From contig NC_045696.1 of the NCBI RefSeq assembly GCF_009834535.1, forward strand, positions 91,762,001 to 91,826,000: a stretch of 64,000 nucleotides of DNA. The letters are read 5' to 3'. Below, in pieces: positions 63,610 through 64,000 of this stretch. Made by a program: the position numbers and the translations under genes. The notes below the pieces were generated by a model. The model saw only the letters and a list, made by a program, of their open reading frames with translations, was not told the origin of the DNA and searched no databases. Positions within the stretch are counted from its first letter, which is position 1, and every line of letters starts with the position of its first letter. Source of the DNA: Camelus ferus (taxonomy: Eukaryota).

Positions 63610-64000
63610 ATGGAGGGGCTGCTGTCCTCTGTGGAGCTTGGTTTTCGGCTGATCCTTAGGAAGCCGAGTGCGGTCCTGGTTTGGCTGCTGTCCAGTGGCC
63701 TGTGTTCTCAGTTCATGTTCCAGAGCCTCCAGTGGGAGACAGTGTTGAGTCTGCCTGTCCTCAGCTTATTGGTGGGTGTCTTATTTACCTTCAGACTTAT
63801 TCAGTCTGTTAGAAGTCAACTGAATGGAAGACATGAAAAGCAGCTGGCAGAAACACTCACTGCACAGATTGAGGAGAAATGTCACTTCATCGACAAGCTT
63901 TGTGTGGCTAAAAAGGAGTATGTCAGGATGGAGACAACTTTAAAGAATGCCAGGCTAGAGAAGAAGCCAGTACATATACCCAGCCTCGCTGATACTTACA
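63610..64000 (+). CDS. Intronless cTAGE5/MIA2-like (TANGO1 family) retrocopy, N-terminal 130 codons, open to the window end; functional retrogene versus pseudogene unresolved
   Basis: Kozak gccATGG with an in-frame upstream TAA (63577-63579); MEGLLSSVELGFRLILRKPSAVLVWLLSSGLCSQFMFQSLQWETVLSLPVLSLLVGVLFTFRLIQSVRSQLNGRHEKQLAETLTAQIEEKCHFIDKLCVAKKEYVRMETTLKNARLEKKPVHIPSLADTY aligns with recalled cTAGE5 landmarks (PWELV-TM-RSVRSRLY-REKKLA-LIEEK-QKEY-ESSLKDASFEK-SL) without introns. Confidence 0.8.
   Translation, partial: MEGLLSSVELGFRLILRKPSAVLVWLLSSGLCSQFMFQSLQWETVLSLPVLSLLVGVLFTFRLIQSVRSQLNGRHEKQLAETLTAQIEEKCHFIDKLCVAKKEYVRMETTLKNARLEKKPVHIPSLADTY

Overview
AT-rich, repeat-dense mammalian DNA, almost certainly camelid (tRNA-Ala-derived vic-1-type SINEs and camelid-type young L1 3' ends). 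The whole window lies inside LEKR1, transcribed on the minus strand. Four internal coding exons (56947-56762, 22149-22068, 11701-11624, 11282-11079) have GT-AG junctions and splice in phase into one open coiled-coil ORF; the gene's start and end are outside the window. The introns hold layered repeats: L2, MIR, MaLR LTRs, MER5A, old L1M fragments, two large L1s antisense to LEKR1 (one carrying a nested younger L1 with a 13-bp TSD), SINEs and microsatellites. The most notable feature is missing from the supplied ORF track because it runs off the window: an intronless, highly diverged but fully open cTAGE5/MIA2-like (TANGO1-family ER-exit-site) ORF starting at 63610 on the plus strand, nested antisense in a LEKR1 intron. 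Other oddities are a perfect 33-bp (TG)/(CA) inverted repeat with a mirrored CG interruption, a YVDD motif in the young L1 reverse transcriptase, and Arg in place of the Met that begins the short annotated human LEKR1 form. Repeat subfamily names and homology calls come from recalled sequences, not searches; boundaries of old repeats are approximate.
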